Of a stretch of DNA of 64,000 nucleotides, positions 40,132 through 50,409 are shown piece by piece (position 1 is the stretch's first letter; every line of letters begins with the position of its first letter). The DNA comes from an uncultured Verrucomicrobiae bacterium (GTDB lineage: Bacteria; Verrucomicrobiota; Verrucomicrobiia; Chthoniobacterales; Chthoniobacteraceae): assembly GCA_963828525.1 (NCBI GenBank), contig CAWHEP010000003.1, positions 64,001 through 128,000 of the forward strand. Direction: 5' to 3'. A program made the translations under genes and the position numbers. The notes under the pieces are model-generated. The model made no database searches. It saw nothing but the letters and a program-made list of their open reading frames with translations, and was not told the DNA's origin.

Positions 40132-40897
40132 GTTCAACCGCGTCTCCAAGCTCTTCGGCGACCAGAGCGCGCTGGATGACGTGACAGCCAGCTTCGAGGG
40201 AGCAAAAAGCGTTGTTTTGATCGGGCCATCTGGTGGAGGCAAATCCACGCTGCTTCGCATTGCGGGTGGGCTCGAGACTCCGACGGCGGGTTCTGTAGAG
40301 TTGAATGACCGGCCGGTTCCCATTGAGCGAAACGCGCTTCGAGACTATCGCCGGGGCATAGGGTTTGTCTTTCAAGCCTTCAACTTGTTCCCTCACCTTT
40401 CCGCGCTGCGCAATATCACTTTGCCGCTTGAAAAGGTCCATCGCTTCCCTCCCGCGGAAGCAAGAGAAATAGCGATGGCGGCCCTTCAGCGCTTTCGTCT
40501 GGAGGCGCACGCGCATAAACGGCCGGCCGAACTGTCAGGCGGGCAGAAGCAGAGGATCGCCATCGCTCGCGCCACGGCCATAAAACCAAAGGTCATGATG
40601 TTTGATGAACCGACTTCGGCGCTTGATCCGGAAATGACGTCGAGCGTTCTGGATATCATTCAGGAGCTGAAAAGCGAAGGCCGCGACTTCATACTCGTGA
40701 CTCATGAAATGGGGTTCGCGAGAATGGCTGCCGATCAAGTCGTCTTCATCGCGGATGGCAAGGTGATCGAAGTTGGCGCGCCTGAGGAAATCTTCGCGGA
40801 GCCGAGGGCGCAACAGTGTCGCGACTTTCTGCAGCGCATCCTCAAGTACGAAGTTCCCGCTCAAGTCTGTTCCGCTTTGAAGAAACAAAAGCGCTGA
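40121..40897 (+). CDS. Polar amino acid ABC transporter ATP-binding protein
   Basis: GPSGGGKST, FQAFNLFPH, LSGGQKQR, DEPTSALDPE and THEMGFA. TTG 40121 chosen as start. Confidence 0.9.
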   Translation: MKLRFNRVSKLFGDQSALDDVTASFEGAKSVVLIGPSGGGKSTLLRIAGGLETPTAGSVELNDRPVPIERNALRDYRRGIGFVFQAFNLFPHLSALRNITLPLEKVHRFPPAEAREIAMAALQRFRLEAHAHKRPAELSGGQKQRIAIARATAIKPKVMMFDEPTSALDPEMTSSVLDIIQELKSEGRDFILVTHEMGFARMAADQVVFIADGKVIEVGAPEEIFAEPRAQQCRDFLQRILKYEVPAQVCSALKKQKR

Positions 40898-43841
40898 GCG
40901 CGGCTTTGAGCTTTTGCACTGCCACCGGTTTGGTGAGGTGCTCGGCAAATCCAGCCTCCAGACTCCGGGCAATGTCTTTTTCCATGCCAAAACCGCTGAT
41001 CGCAATTCCATGAATCGAGCTGGATCGACGAAGTTCACGCATGAGATCGACGCCGCTGGCGTCCGGCAAGCCAAGGTCGCTGATAAGAAGATCAAAATCC
41101 TTCTGACCCGCTTTTTCCAAGGCCGCGCCCACTGAACTCACGGCTTCCACTTCAAAGCCCCAACTCTTCAGGAGCCCGGTTAACGCATGGCGAGTATCGT
41201 CATGATCCTCGGCAAGAAGCACCTTTAGATTCGCGCAATGCTCGACGCCCGTTGGCTGGTTCTCCATGATGACCTGCTCCGCGCTGGGTGCCCGGCAGTT
41301 TGCGAGATCCAGCGTAAAGGTTGCCCCCTTGCCCGCGCCGGGACTGCGCGCGTTGATCGTTCCGCCATGCGCGGCAGCGAGGGCTTTGACAACTGCTAAT
41401 CCGACTCCCAAGCCTCCGAACTCCCGCACCGTTGTTTCATCTCCCTGCTCGAACAAATTGAATATCTTTGGCAAGACTGCGGCGTCGATACCCATTCCAC
41501 TGTCTTCGAATTCGATCCTTAGGAAGCCGTTCTCCTGATCTGAGGATCTTATCTCCAAGCGTCCTCCCGGTGGCGTGAACTTTATGGAATTGCGCAGGAG
41601 GTTCCAAAAAATCTGTAGCAACCGGGAGGAGTCGGCGTCTGTTTCGGAACGTTGAGCCGAGAGATCGAGAACCATTTGCTGTTGTTTGCTGACGGCGTCG
41701 GGCTGGCAAATTTCAATTGTATGCCTCAGCAGCGCGTGAACATTCACGCGCTCCATATTCAGAGAGAGCTTGCCTTTGCTAATCCGCGTCACATCGAGAA
41801 GATCATCGATGAGGCGGGCCTCCAACTCGACGTTTCGCTGAATCATCGTAAGCACCCTCGATACTTCCGCTGGCAGCGGAACGGTGGCCTTTAGGCTCTC
41901 AATCGAAGTCAACACGGGGCTGAGGGGGGTCCTTAATTCGTGACTCAGCACCGCCAGAAATTGATCTTTGGCGCGGTTCGAAGACTCCGCGGCCTCTTTT
42001 GCCTTTTGAAGGTCGTGTGAGCGCGCCGTCATCGCCACAGCAAGCTCGCCTATATCTTCCGTCTGGCTTGCAAGCTCCCGTTGCAACATGTCCCGCACCC
42101 GTTTCGACGCTACCTGGTTTCGCACGCGAAGGCGGAGTTCCTCTATCGAGAAAGGCTTGGTGATGTAATCTTCCGCCCCTTTTCTAAGAAGATCCATCTT
42201 CAGCTCTTCGTCCGCTTTCGCGGTTAGAAGGATCACAGGGATCGGCTTCAGTTCCGGGCGAGCCTGTAGCCTGTCAAACAACTCCTCGCCGCCCATGCGG
42301 GGCATCATCACATCGGTCACAATAAGATCCGGGAGAAGCGAGATCGCTTTTTCCAGACCTTCCGCGCCATCCATCGCGGAAGCCGTCCTAAACATCTCTC
42401 CGATGCTTTCCGTGATGAAACGGTTCATATCTGGATTATCTTCGATGATGAGCACCAGCGGCTTGTCGTCTGCGCCGTCCGCCGGATTAGTGCTCTGCTC
42501 TTCACGGCTCACACCATCCCGCCGGGCGAGCTCCTTCGCGCCGTCAACGATTGACTTCAAATCGTCGGAACTCTGGGAGTAGCCTCCCAACGCCTGGGCG
42601 TTCGGAGGTTCAGAGCTGACCTTGTACTGGGACGGAGCCCGCAGCGGCAGATGCACCTTGAATGCCGCGCCTCCGCCAGGAGCATCCTCAACGGTGACAG
42701 AACCTTCATGCAACTCAGCAAATTCCTTCACGATGGAAAGGCCCAGGCCGGTGCCGCCAGTCCGCGAGACTGTTCCATCTCCTTGATTGAAGCGCTCGAA
42801 AATTGCCGCCCGCGCCGCAAGGGGAACTCCTGGCCCGCTGTCTTCAACGCAAAGACACGCCCTTTCAGCCGTACTCGCCAGCGCGCAATGGATTCTACCC
42901 TCCGGTCCTACGAACTTGAAGGCATTGGAGAGCAGGTTTAGCAGTATTCTTTGCACCTTGTCCGCGTCGACCTGCGCAATGAGCCTGTCTGGTGTTTCAA
43001 CAGAAAATTCGATGCGGCGCTCTTGTATCGCGGATTCAAAATTGGCGGCCATGATTCGCACAAGACGGCTGAGATCCACGCTGGAATAATCCATCTGCAT
43101 CTTGCCTGCCTCCAGCTTGGAGACATCCAAAAGGTCGTTTACATGCTTGCGGAGGATCAGCGCATTGCGCCGGACCACCTCCAGTTCATGCCTGTCGCGA
43201 GAACCGACCTGCTGCGTCGACATCATTCGATCCACCGGGCCAAGGATGAGAGTCAGCGGCGTCCGCAGCTCATGACTGGCGTTTGCGAAGAAGGCGGTCT
43301 TCAGATGATCCAGTTGCTTGATCTTTTCATAAAGCGACGAGAGCTCGTCGTTTGCCACCACAAGCTGTTCTTCCCGCTCCGTGGATGTGCGCGCGGCATC
43401 GAGTAGCGCGAGAATCCTTGGAACAAGGGGCGGCAGCAGGATCGCGGTCGTTAGAGATGCAACCGCTGTAACGAGCTTCACCACTCCCGCGAGCCAGTAA
43501 TGCGGACTCCAAACCGTCCACACCTCCATAAAATGAGTGCTGCCGCAGGCGATGATGAACAAGCCAAATGCCAGGACCATCGAATGGAAGGGGATGTGAC
43601 GGCGGGCGGACGCCACCAGAAACGCCAGAGTCGAGGAGATCGCGAAGTAGGAAAGGCCGATCAACAAGTCTGATGTGACATGCAGCGCGATCAGTGGCTT
43701 GTTCCACATGTAACAGGTCGCATGCGGCATGAATGTGCCGTCTCCGCCCTTTGAGACCTCCGCCAACCCGATAGTAAGAAGCCCTACCGCCACGGCGGTC
43801 CCAAGGAGCGCGCTGTAGAGGCGGGGGGTGCCTTTCATCAA
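40842..43841 (-). CDS. Double hybrid histidine kinase with N-terminal ETR1-like (ethylene-binding) membrane domain
   Basis: SDLLIGLSYFAI...FIIACGSTH...KLVTAVAS, followed by HisKA-HATPase-REC-HisKA-HATPase-REC (two SHELRTPL motifs). Confidence 0.88.
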   Translation of the reverse strand: MMKGTPRLYSALLGTAVAVGLLTIGLAEVSKGGDGTFMPHATCYMWNKPLIALHVTSDLLIGLSYFAISSTLAFLVASARRHIPFHSMVLAFGLFIIACGSTHFMEVWTVWSPHYWLAGVVKLVTAVASLTTAILLPPLVPRILALLDAARTSTEREEQLVVANDELSSLYEKIKQLDHLKTAFFANASHELRTPLTLILGPVDRMMSTQQVGSRDRHELEVVRRNALILRKHVNDLLDVSKLEAGKMQMDYSSVDLSRLVRIMAANFESAIQERRIEFSVETPDRLIAQVDADKVQRILLNLLSNAFKFVGPEGRIHCALASTAERACLCVEDSGPGVPLAARAAIFERFNQGDGTVSRTGGTGLGLSIVKEFAELHEGSVTVEDAPGGGAAFKVHLPLRAPSQYKVSSEPPNAQALGGYSQSSDDLKSIVDGAKELARRDGVSREEQSTNPADGADDKPLVLIIEDNPDMNRFITESIGEMFRTASAMDGAEGLEKAISLLPDLIVTDVMMPRMGGEELFDRLQARPELKPIPVILLTAKADEELKMDLLRKGAEDYITKPFSIEELRLRVRNQVASKRVRDMLQRELASQTEDIGELAVAMTARSHDLQKAKEAAESSNRAKDQFLAVLSHELRTPLSPVLTSIESLKATVPLPAEVSRVLTMIQRNVELEARLIDDLLDVTRISKGKLSLNMERVNVHALLRHTIEICQPDAVSKQQQMVLDLSAQRSETDADSSRLLQIFWNLLRNSIKFTPPGGRLEIRSSDQENGFLRIEFEDSGMGIDAAVLPKIFNLFEQGDETTVREFGGLGVGLAVVKALAAAHGGTINARSPGAGKGATFTLDLANCRAPSAEQVIMENQPTGVEHCANLKVLLAEDHDDTRHALTGLLKSWGFEVEAVSSVGAALEKAGQKDFDLLISDLGLPDASGVDLMRELRRSSSIHGIAISGFGMEKDIARSLEAGFAEHLTKPVAVQKLKAALSAFVSSKRNRLERELRT

Positions 43842-43918
43842 TGGACGATGCTATTTGTTCAGACGCCGACCGTCAAAGCTGAACAGACCTCGATCACGCC
43901 GTGAATGAAAATGGCCGC

Positions 43919-44116
43919 TTACTGGCCGGGCGACTCGCGAATACCTTTTCTCAGCCATTCGGGAAGCCCTTCTCCCGCTGCTTCCTCCGCGGGAATGATC
44001 TTATCCGCAATGGGAGCAGCCTTTTTCACAGATTGCTGGTCTTCGGAGGAGCGGATCAGCCCGCGTTCCCTTGCTTCCGCGATGATCTGACGGGCTTCGT
44101 TGATGTCGAAAGGCAT
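43919..44116 (-). CDS. Small hypothetical protein
   Basis: 65-aa ATG ORF filling an intergenic gap, with protein-like composition. Confidence 0.45.
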   Translation of the reverse strand: MPFDINEARQIIAEARERGLIRSSEDQQSVKKAAPIADKIIPAEEAAGEGLPEWLRKGIRESPGQ

Positions 44117-44237
44117 ATATTTAAGTGTGCAGAAGAAACAAACCGTGAAAACGAACCCAGAAAACGCCCCCTGAAGAAGGGAAAGCGGACTTCTGTATAT
44201 ACGGCGGTCTCTCTTTAGTTCAAGCGAAAAAACAAAG

Positions 44238-45794
44238 TCACGGCGTGGTGGGCGCTGGCCTTACGGTCAGATTCCGGACGTCCTGCAAGACCATGCCGGA
44301 CGCCCCATCCCGGGCAAGGGAGGACCTGAAATTATCCATATCCAGACCGTCCACGTTTGAGAATGAGGCGGCGGGACGCCCGTCATCTTTCAAGAGGCTG
44401 ATCCGGATGTTTGCGAGTTCCAGGTCGCGAATGTGCCTCGCATAAATTCCGTACGCTGGCATTTCCTTCGGTTCCGGGTAGCCTCTGCCGAGTTCGTCCG
44501 GAATTCGAGACGCGCTCTCCTTGTTCCCTCCGCCGTCGCAGATCAGTTTGATGTTTTCCAATCGAATCGCCTCCAACGGTTGCTCCAGTGTTCCCATGAT
44601 CTGGATGCCGCTGGCTCTGGAAACGTGATCCGCTATCACATTGGAGATGGAAATGTTTCTGCAGGCGCTTGGATGTTTAAGATCCCCGCCCCGGTTGCGC
44701 GAGCCTGTTACGATGTAGATCGCGTAATTCACCACCTGCATCATCGCGAGATTGTTGATGGTAATGTTCTCCAACACGCCCCCATCCACCTCTTCCAGAG
44801 CGAGACCTTTGCTGCAGCGGAAAGTGCAGTTGGATACGGCGCAGTTCCGAAAGCCGCCACTTGATTCGGTGCCGAATTTGATCCGGCCATTGCCGCCTCT
44901 GCGAAAGCGCATCGTCCCATCGCGCAAGGATCCTTCTTCGAAGCCGGACACCTGGCAGTTCGTTATGGTCAGGTTCTCCGTAATGACGTTCCTGCCAAGG
45001 GCGAAGGTACTCTTCGGGCAAAGCGCGTCATCGTTAGGAGCATTGATTCGGCAGTTCGACACGCAGGTATTTCTGCAGCAATCGATATCGAAGCCGTCGC
45101 GATTCGTATCCGCGGTCACGTTGTCAATGGTGAGGTTATCGCAGCCGGTGACCAGTACGGCAAAGTGACCACCGTGGATGATGGTGATATCCCGAAGAAG
45201 GACATTTTTGCAGAGTTTCAGCGCTATCGCCTTGTTCCCTAGGCGAACAGGAGCCGCCGCGATATGAGGAGGGTCGCCTTGTTTATCCCATGCCGAAAAG
45301 CCGCACATCGCGTCCAGTTCGCCATCGTCGGAAACGAGTCCTTCTCCATCGATCACGCCCTGCCCTGTGATGGAAACGTTGCTGAGGTTCTCTCCCCAGA
45401 TCAGGCTGTTGTGGAAGAAGCAGTGACCGCCGTCCTGATAGGGATTATTCGACCACGGCTCGGTTTCATCATAGACATTCATGGATTGGGAAGCGCCGAG
45501 AATGGTTGCTCCCGCGTCCAGAAGGAGGTGAACGTTGCTTCGAAGATGGATTGATCCACTCAAGTAATTGCCGGCTGGAACTAAAACCGTGCCCCCGCCC
45601 GCGTCGGCCACGGACTGAATGGCACGGTTGATCGCCGGGCTGTCCAGATGCTGCCCGTCGCCCAAGGCGCCAAAACTCTTTACGCTGCAGACAGCGGGGT
45701 CAGCGCAGCTGGCTTTTGTAGTGAGGAAGAATACGTTTATGCACAGGCTCACGCGCAGGAGCCACGAGGTAGGAAGGTTTAAGAATGGCTTCAT
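44238..45794 (-). CDS. Glycoside hydrolase family 28 (pectin-lyase fold) exported enzyme
   Basis: Signal peptide, FGALGDG..DSPAINRAI, NRDGFD, DD, K and RIKFGTES. Confidence 0.85.
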   Translation of the reverse strand: MKPFLNLPTSWLLRVSLCINVFFLTTKASCADPAVCSVKSFGALGDGQHLDSPAINRAIQSVADAGGGTVLVPAGNYLSGSIHLRSNVHLLLDAGATILGASQSMNVYDETEPWSNNPYQDGGHCFFHNSLIWGENLSNVSITGQGVIDGEGLVSDDGELDAMCGFSAWDKQGDPPHIAAAPVRLGNKAIALKLCKNVLLRDITIIHGGHFAVLVTGCDNLTIDNVTADTNRDGFDIDCCRNTCVSNCRINAPNDDALCPKSTFALGRNVITENLTITNCQVSGFEEGSLRDGTMRFRRGGNGRIKFGTESSGGFRNCAVSNCTFRCSKGLALEEVDGGVLENITINNLAMMQVVNYAIYIVTGSRNRGGDLKHPSACRNISISNVIADHVSRASGIQIMGTLEQPLEAIRLENIKLICDGGGNKESASRIPDELGRGYPEPKEMPAYGIYARHIRDLELANIRISLLKDDGRPAASFSNVDGLDMDNFRSSLARDGASGMVLQDVRNLTVRPAPTTP

Positions 45795-45973
45795 GGGGAG
45801 TTCGATGGGTCAAAGATAGATCAAGGCGGGGGAGCGGGAAGCGCAATCACTCAGCCTCGCGCCCATGACCAAAACTGTCGAGCACGACTACGCGCTTCCC
45901 TCACCGCGCTTCGGCCCTGCGCATCGCAGATGAGTATTGGCGGCTCTCGCGGTCCGGGCTTACACTGGCGCCA

Positions 45974-47254
45974 ATGTCCCTGATAAGCCTCATTCCGTTG
46001 CCGAGTGTCGTGGCCTGCGCCCTTGTCGTTATGCTTCTTCCATCGCGCGCGTTGCCGCTTGAGAACGAACCCATCGATACGGCGCCACTTCACGCAAACG
46101 CGCGAGACATCGTGAAAGCCAACGGAGAGCACATAAGGCTGCGTGGCGTAAACCTTGGAGGGTGGCTTGTAATGGAACCATGGATGACCCCGGCCGATTC
46201 CTCCGGCCTCGGGGACGAATATAGCATTCTGCAAAAACTCGACAGCCGGTTCGGTATCGCGACGGAACAAAGCCTCGTGCAGGGCTACCGGCAGAGTTGG
46301 ACAACACTCCGCGACCTGGATAACATCAAAGCGCTTGGACTGAACGTTGTCAGGGTTCCCGTTTGGTGGGGCGATTTTTACGCGCTGACCGCGCTCGGCC
46401 AGGACAACCCCGCGATGCGCTCGGATGCCTTTACCTTGCTCGATTGGCTTGTGAACGCCGCCTCGACGCGCGGGATTTATACCATCATCGATATGCATGG
46501 CGTTTTTGGTGGCCAGAGTACTTCCGCGAGCACTGGTATGCGCAACAAGAACGCGTATTGGGCGGACAAAACCGCGCAACTTGCGACCGGCGAGATGTGG
46601 AAGGCCATCGCCGCTCATTACAAGGGGAATGCGGGGGTAGCGGGGTACGATCTTCTTAATGAACCAATGGGCGCGCCCAATACACAGGCCGTCTGGGGCG
46701 CGCTGAATACTCTCTACCATGATATCAGGGCAGCGGACCCAAACCACATCCTATTTATGGAGGGCACCTTCGGATCCTGGAATTGGAGTATGCTGCCACC
46801 ACCTTCCAAATACGGCTGGACCAACGTTGTATACGAGATGCACGAGTATCAATGGTCAAAACAGAACCCCGATGGGGTTCAGGCCGGAGCGGATAACCAA
46901 TGCGCGGACGCAAAGGCTCACAAGATGTGGAACGTTCCCCCGTATGTCGGAGAGTTCAACGCGTTCGGCACAGGCACTCCGGCGTGGAAGCATGTGATTG
47001 GGGCTTTTGACAAAGCAGGCGTGAATTGGACTTCATGGAGCTACAAGGCTACGCATGGCGGCGGCGTGGATAGCTGGGGATTGTATAACCCGAATTCTGG
47101 CAAGCACACCGTTCCAAACATCGAGTCGGATACATCAAGCAAGATCTCCCGCGATTGGGCGGAGTGGACCACCGCAAGAGCCTTCGCCGTGAATCCAATG
47201 GTCGAAGCCGCGTATTCCGGCAGCTGGGCAGGCGGGAAAGTCAGCGGGAATTAG
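45974..47254 (+). CDS. Glycoside hydrolase family 5 exported glucanase
   Basis: LRGVNLGGWLVMEPW, VRVP, IDMH, acid/base NEP, HEY and nucleophile VGEF. Confidence 0.9.
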   Translation: MSLISLIPLPSVVACALVVMLLPSRALPLENEPIDTAPLHANARDIVKANGEHIRLRGVNLGGWLVMEPWMTPADSSGLGDEYSILQKLDSRFGIATEQSLVQGYRQSWTTLRDLDNIKALGLNVVRVPVWWGDFYALTALGQDNPAMRSDAFTLLDWLVNAASTRGIYTIIDMHGVFGGQSTSASTGMRNKNAYWADKTAQLATGEMWKAIAAHYKGNAGVAGYDLLNEPMGAPNTQAVWGALNTLYHDIRAADPNHILFMEGTFGSWNWSMLPPPSKYGWTNVVYEMHEYQWSKQNPDGVQAGADNQCADAKAHKMWNVPPYVGEFNAFGTGTPAWKHVIGAFDKAGVNWTSWSYKATHGGGVDSWGLYNPNSGKHTVPNIESDTSSKISRDWAEWTTARAFAVNPMVEAAYSGSWAGGKVSGN

Positions 47255-48204
47255 ACTCCTCGTTTCGCCACAGTCTCCAACACTTCGTCTTTCACTGGCG
47301 ACGTGATCCCCAGGCGCTCCCGCAGGACGTCGACGGAAAGAGCCGCGCGGCTGTCCGGAACAATGCCGGAGCCAAATTTGCGGGCGTAGACCTTCGTAAA
47401 CTCAGCGCCAAAAAGCAATATGCATGTCGAGTAATAAACCCACAGGAGAATGATGATGGCAGACCCTGCCGCGCCGTAGTAGGACGCTGTGCTGCTTGTG
47501 CCCAAATAGAGGCCGATGAGATACTTCCCGACAGTAAAGAGGAAAGCCGTGCCAATCGCGCCAATAGCGACATCGCGCCAACTGATCCTGACATTAGGCA
47601 GAATTTTGAAGATCATCGCGAAGAGGACAGTCACGATGCCGAAAGATGTGAGAAGATCGGCCATATGCCATAGGCCCGTCGGCAGCAGGATGCGGTCACT
47701 CATGTATTTACTTACCGCCGCCACCACTGCGCTGATAACGAGGGAAACCACAAGGAGAAATCCAATTCCCAGCACCATTGTAAAAGAAAGGAACCGCTGC
47801 CGGATTAACGTGCTGAAAGGTCTCCCCTTTCTCACGGTTACGCCCCAGATGAGATTTAGCGCGTCTTTTAGCTCCCCGAAGACGCCCGATGCTCCGAAGA
47901 GCAGCACGACGAGACCAATCGCGGTGGCCAGCAGACTGGTTGATTTGGTGGCTGTGCTTTGGAGCACGTTTTGAATGGCCTCCGCGGCTTGTCTACCGGC
48001 CAATTCCTGGATCTGCGTCGCGATGTCGCCCCGCGCCGCATCCTTACCGAAGACAAGCCCGGCTATCGACAGAATGATGATGAAGAGTGGCGCCAGTGAG
48101 AAAAGGGCATAGTACGCGAGCGAAGCGCTCAGCCGAAGAGCGTTGTCGTCCGACCACTCGGCGCACGTTTCTTTTATCAGATCCATTATCGACCGTATCT
48201 TCAT
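47251..48204 (-). CDS. YihY/BrkB family membrane protein
   Basis: ASLAYYALFSLAP, LNLIW, YGAAGS and LLWVYY..LLFGAE. Confidence 0.9.
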   Translation of the reverse strand: MKIRSIMDLIKETCAEWSDDNALRLSASLAYYALFSLAPLFIIILSIAGLVFGKDAARGDIATQIQELAGRQAAEAIQNVLQSTATKSTSLLATAIGLVVLLFGASGVFGELKDALNLIWGVTVRKGRPFSTLIRQRFLSFTMVLGIGFLLVVSLVISAVVAAVSKYMSDRILLPTGLWHMADLLTSFGIVTVLFAMIFKILPNVRISWRDVAIGAIGTAFLFTVGKYLIGLYLGTSSTASYYGAAGSAIIILLWVYYSTCILLFGAEFTKVYARKFGSGIVPDSRAALSVDVLRERLGITSPVKDEVLETVAKRGV

Positions 48205-48370
48205 GTTCCTCTTATTCGCTGCTCACCGTCCCCGCGGCTTTGGAATCCCTTCTCATTGCGCGGTGTCCACCCCTGCATAGCACACGCGGCTCGCATGAAG
48301 CCACAGAAGATGAAACCAAATCCACGCGGGGTTTCCTCTGGACGAGAGATAGCAATCCAGCCATATCCGT

Positions 48371-49729
48371 GTGGCCCCTTGGGTATTCCCTAACGTGAAC
48401 CGTCTGCTACCATTTGCTCCGATGATTTCCATCTTCCACGGCTGGCTGAACAGCGCGCTCGGCAGACGCATCACGATCGCGCTGTTTGGCGTCCATGTTC
48501 TAAGTTATTGCGCCCCGCCCCTTTGTAATTACGTGTTCTTCAGAGCGGAGCACGGCATCAAAGACTACCAACTCTGGTACGACACGGGACGTTTGATCCT
48601 CGAAGGAAAGCAGCTCTATCCCACGAATGGAGATGCATTCCCTTTCATGTATCCCCCATCATGCGCGGCTCTGCTGGCAATACTGAGTTGTCTCGGCACC
48701 TTTGGCCTTGTGGCGGGACTTGTCGCTTTGAACAGCGTGGCGTGGGTCGCAAGCATCGCGCTTTCGCTCCACCTCGTAACAGGTCGAATCTTTCGGCAAG
48801 AGGCTTTGCTGTATCTCTTTCCCTTGGTGGTTACCTCTCCTTTCGTCTGGGGCACCTATTTGCTCGGACAACCGAGTTGCCTGCTTCTTGCCTGCATGCT
48901 GGGTGGGTTCGCTTGCTTGCGCGCGAAGCGTCCCCTCCTCGCCGGCGCGCTCATTGCCCTTGCAGCGGCGATCAAGGCCTTTCCTGTGATGGCAATCGGC
49001 TACCTTGTCTATCGGCGGTACTGGAGCGCGTGCATCTCCATGCTGGCGGCGCTCGCGGTTCTGCTCATCATCCTCCCAGCGACTTTTCGCGGTTGGGAAC
49101 GTTCATGGGATGACATGAAAGTTTGGACGAACGGGATGGTCCTAAAGTATGATTCGCGAGGAATCGCGCAGCGTGAAGGCCGCGGTAATTCCTGGCGCAA
49201 CCAGTCACTCATCAGCGTGTGCAACCGCCTTTTGCGTCATATCGACTCAAGCGACGGCCAGAAGCCTCCTGTCTACGTGAACATCGCGGACCTTGGGTTT
49301 CGTTCGGTAAACGTTGTTATCGCCGCAACGGCGGCTCTTCTGGGATTGGGCTTCATGGCAGGAATGCCAGCCCTGACTCAGCGAACCCGTGAGACGGACA
49401 ACCTCGAATTTGCCATGCTCCTGCTGCTGATGTTGATGTTCGCGCCCCTTTGCTTTGGGTATATGTTCGTGTGGCTGATTTTTCCCTTGATGGTGGCGGC
49501 CCGCGCAATCATGCAGGAAAGTCCAGGGCGGCGTTCGGCTTTGTTGAAGTGGCTCGGGTGCGTCGTGGTTCTTCTTGCGCTTACCACTATTTTTCGGAAG
49601 AGCGCGCAGGCCTATGGCAATATTTTCTTCGCCTCCCTAATCCTGCTGGTTGGTCTTGGGATTCGTTTGTGGAGGCTGAAATTCGGAGGAGGATCCCCAT
49701 CTGCTGACCGGCCTTCCAGCCTGAACTGA
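48371..49729 (+). CDS. GT87 (DUF2029) membrane glycosyltransferase (start may be ATG 48422)
   Basis: KDY..WY, FMYPP, LGQ, IKAFP and NQS motifs, multi-TM. Confidence 0.8.
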   Translation: MAPWVFPNVNRLLPFAPMISIFHGWLNSALGRRITIALFGVHVLSYCAPPLCNYVFFRAEHGIKDYQLWYDTGRLILEGKQLYPTNGDAFPFMYPPSCAALLAILSCLGTFGLVAGLVALNSVAWVASIALSLHLVTGRIFRQEALLYLFPLVVTSPFVWGTYLLGQPSCLLLACMLGGFACLRAKRPLLAGALIALAAAIKAFPVMAIGYLVYRRYWSACISMLAALAVLLIILPATFRGWERSWDDMKVWTNGMVLKYDSRGIAQREGRGNSWRNQSLISVCNRLLRHIDSSDGQKPPVYVNIADLGFRSVNVVIAATAALLGLGFMAGMPALTQRTRETDNLEFAMLLLLMLMFAPLCFGYMFVWLIFPLMVAARAIMQESPGRRSALLKWLGCVVVLLALTTIFRKSAQAYGNIFFASLILLVGLGIRLWRLKFGGGSPSADRPSSLN

Positions 49730-49787
49730 TCCTATTCTCTTCAGCGATTGATAATTCGCGAACGGCGCATCATTATTCCCGGGAAAT

Positions 49788-50129
49788 ATGGATTACACGA
49801 CTTACAAAATTATCCACCTTACGGGGATCGCGGCGCTGGCAATCGGAACCGGCGGAATGCTTGCAAATGGGGACAGCCGTAAAACTTTCGCGATGTGGCA
49901 GGGGGTGGGCCTTCTCATCATGCTGGTGTCCGGCTTTGGCCTGTTGGCAAAGCTGAAGCTTGGCTTCCCTCATTTCGCGATGGTGAAAGCCGGTCTCTGG
50001 ATTGTGATCGGGTGTCTCCCGTTGATCTTTCGGAGGATCAGACCGCCTTTGTCCGTTTGCATACTGATTCCGGTTTGTCTGGTCGCAGTGATGGCTTGGC
50101 TGGGGATTATGAAGCCTCCCCTCTGGTAA
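49788..50129 (+). CDS. Small 4-TM membrane protein (SirB2-like)
   Basis: YKIIHL, LVSGFGL, VK..LW and terminal KP. Confidence 0.6.
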   Translation: MDYTTYKIIHLTGIAALAIGTGGMLANGDSRKTFAMWQGVGLLIMLVSGFGLLAKLKLGFPHFAMVKAGLWIVIGCLPLIFRRIRPPLSVCILIPVCLVAVMAWLGIMKPPLW

Positions 50130-50361
50130 CGCGCGAAATAGCGTTTTCGATTTCCGCAGGATTTTGATTGCGCGGCGCGGCTTCATGACGATGATGTCCG
50201 CTCCTTTGGTTACCCCCTTGTATTCTGGAACGTTGCCGGACTGATCTCTGGCTGAACGTCCCTGCCCCACCCCTCATGAATCTGAATGCGCGAAAGGCAA
50301 CGTCGGTCGCTTCCGCTTTGAGCCGAACGTGGCGGCGACAGAACCGGTCATCGAAATTTTT

Positions 50362-50388
50362 GAACTTTTTTGAGGCTCTTCTGTCTCA
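50362..50388 (+). promoter_or_regulatory. Putative ECF sigma (RpoE/AlgU-type) promoter
   Basis: GAACTT-N16-TCTCA ending 21 nt before the ABC ATPase start codon. Confidence 0.45.
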
Positions 50389-50409
50389 TCACAACTCCAG
50401 CAGACAGCA

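Noticed and set aside
50130..50360. Riboswitch or ncRNA in the gap upstream of the Gld-like operon
   Set aside because: No convincing match to a family I can recognise by eye. An Rfam search would be needed.
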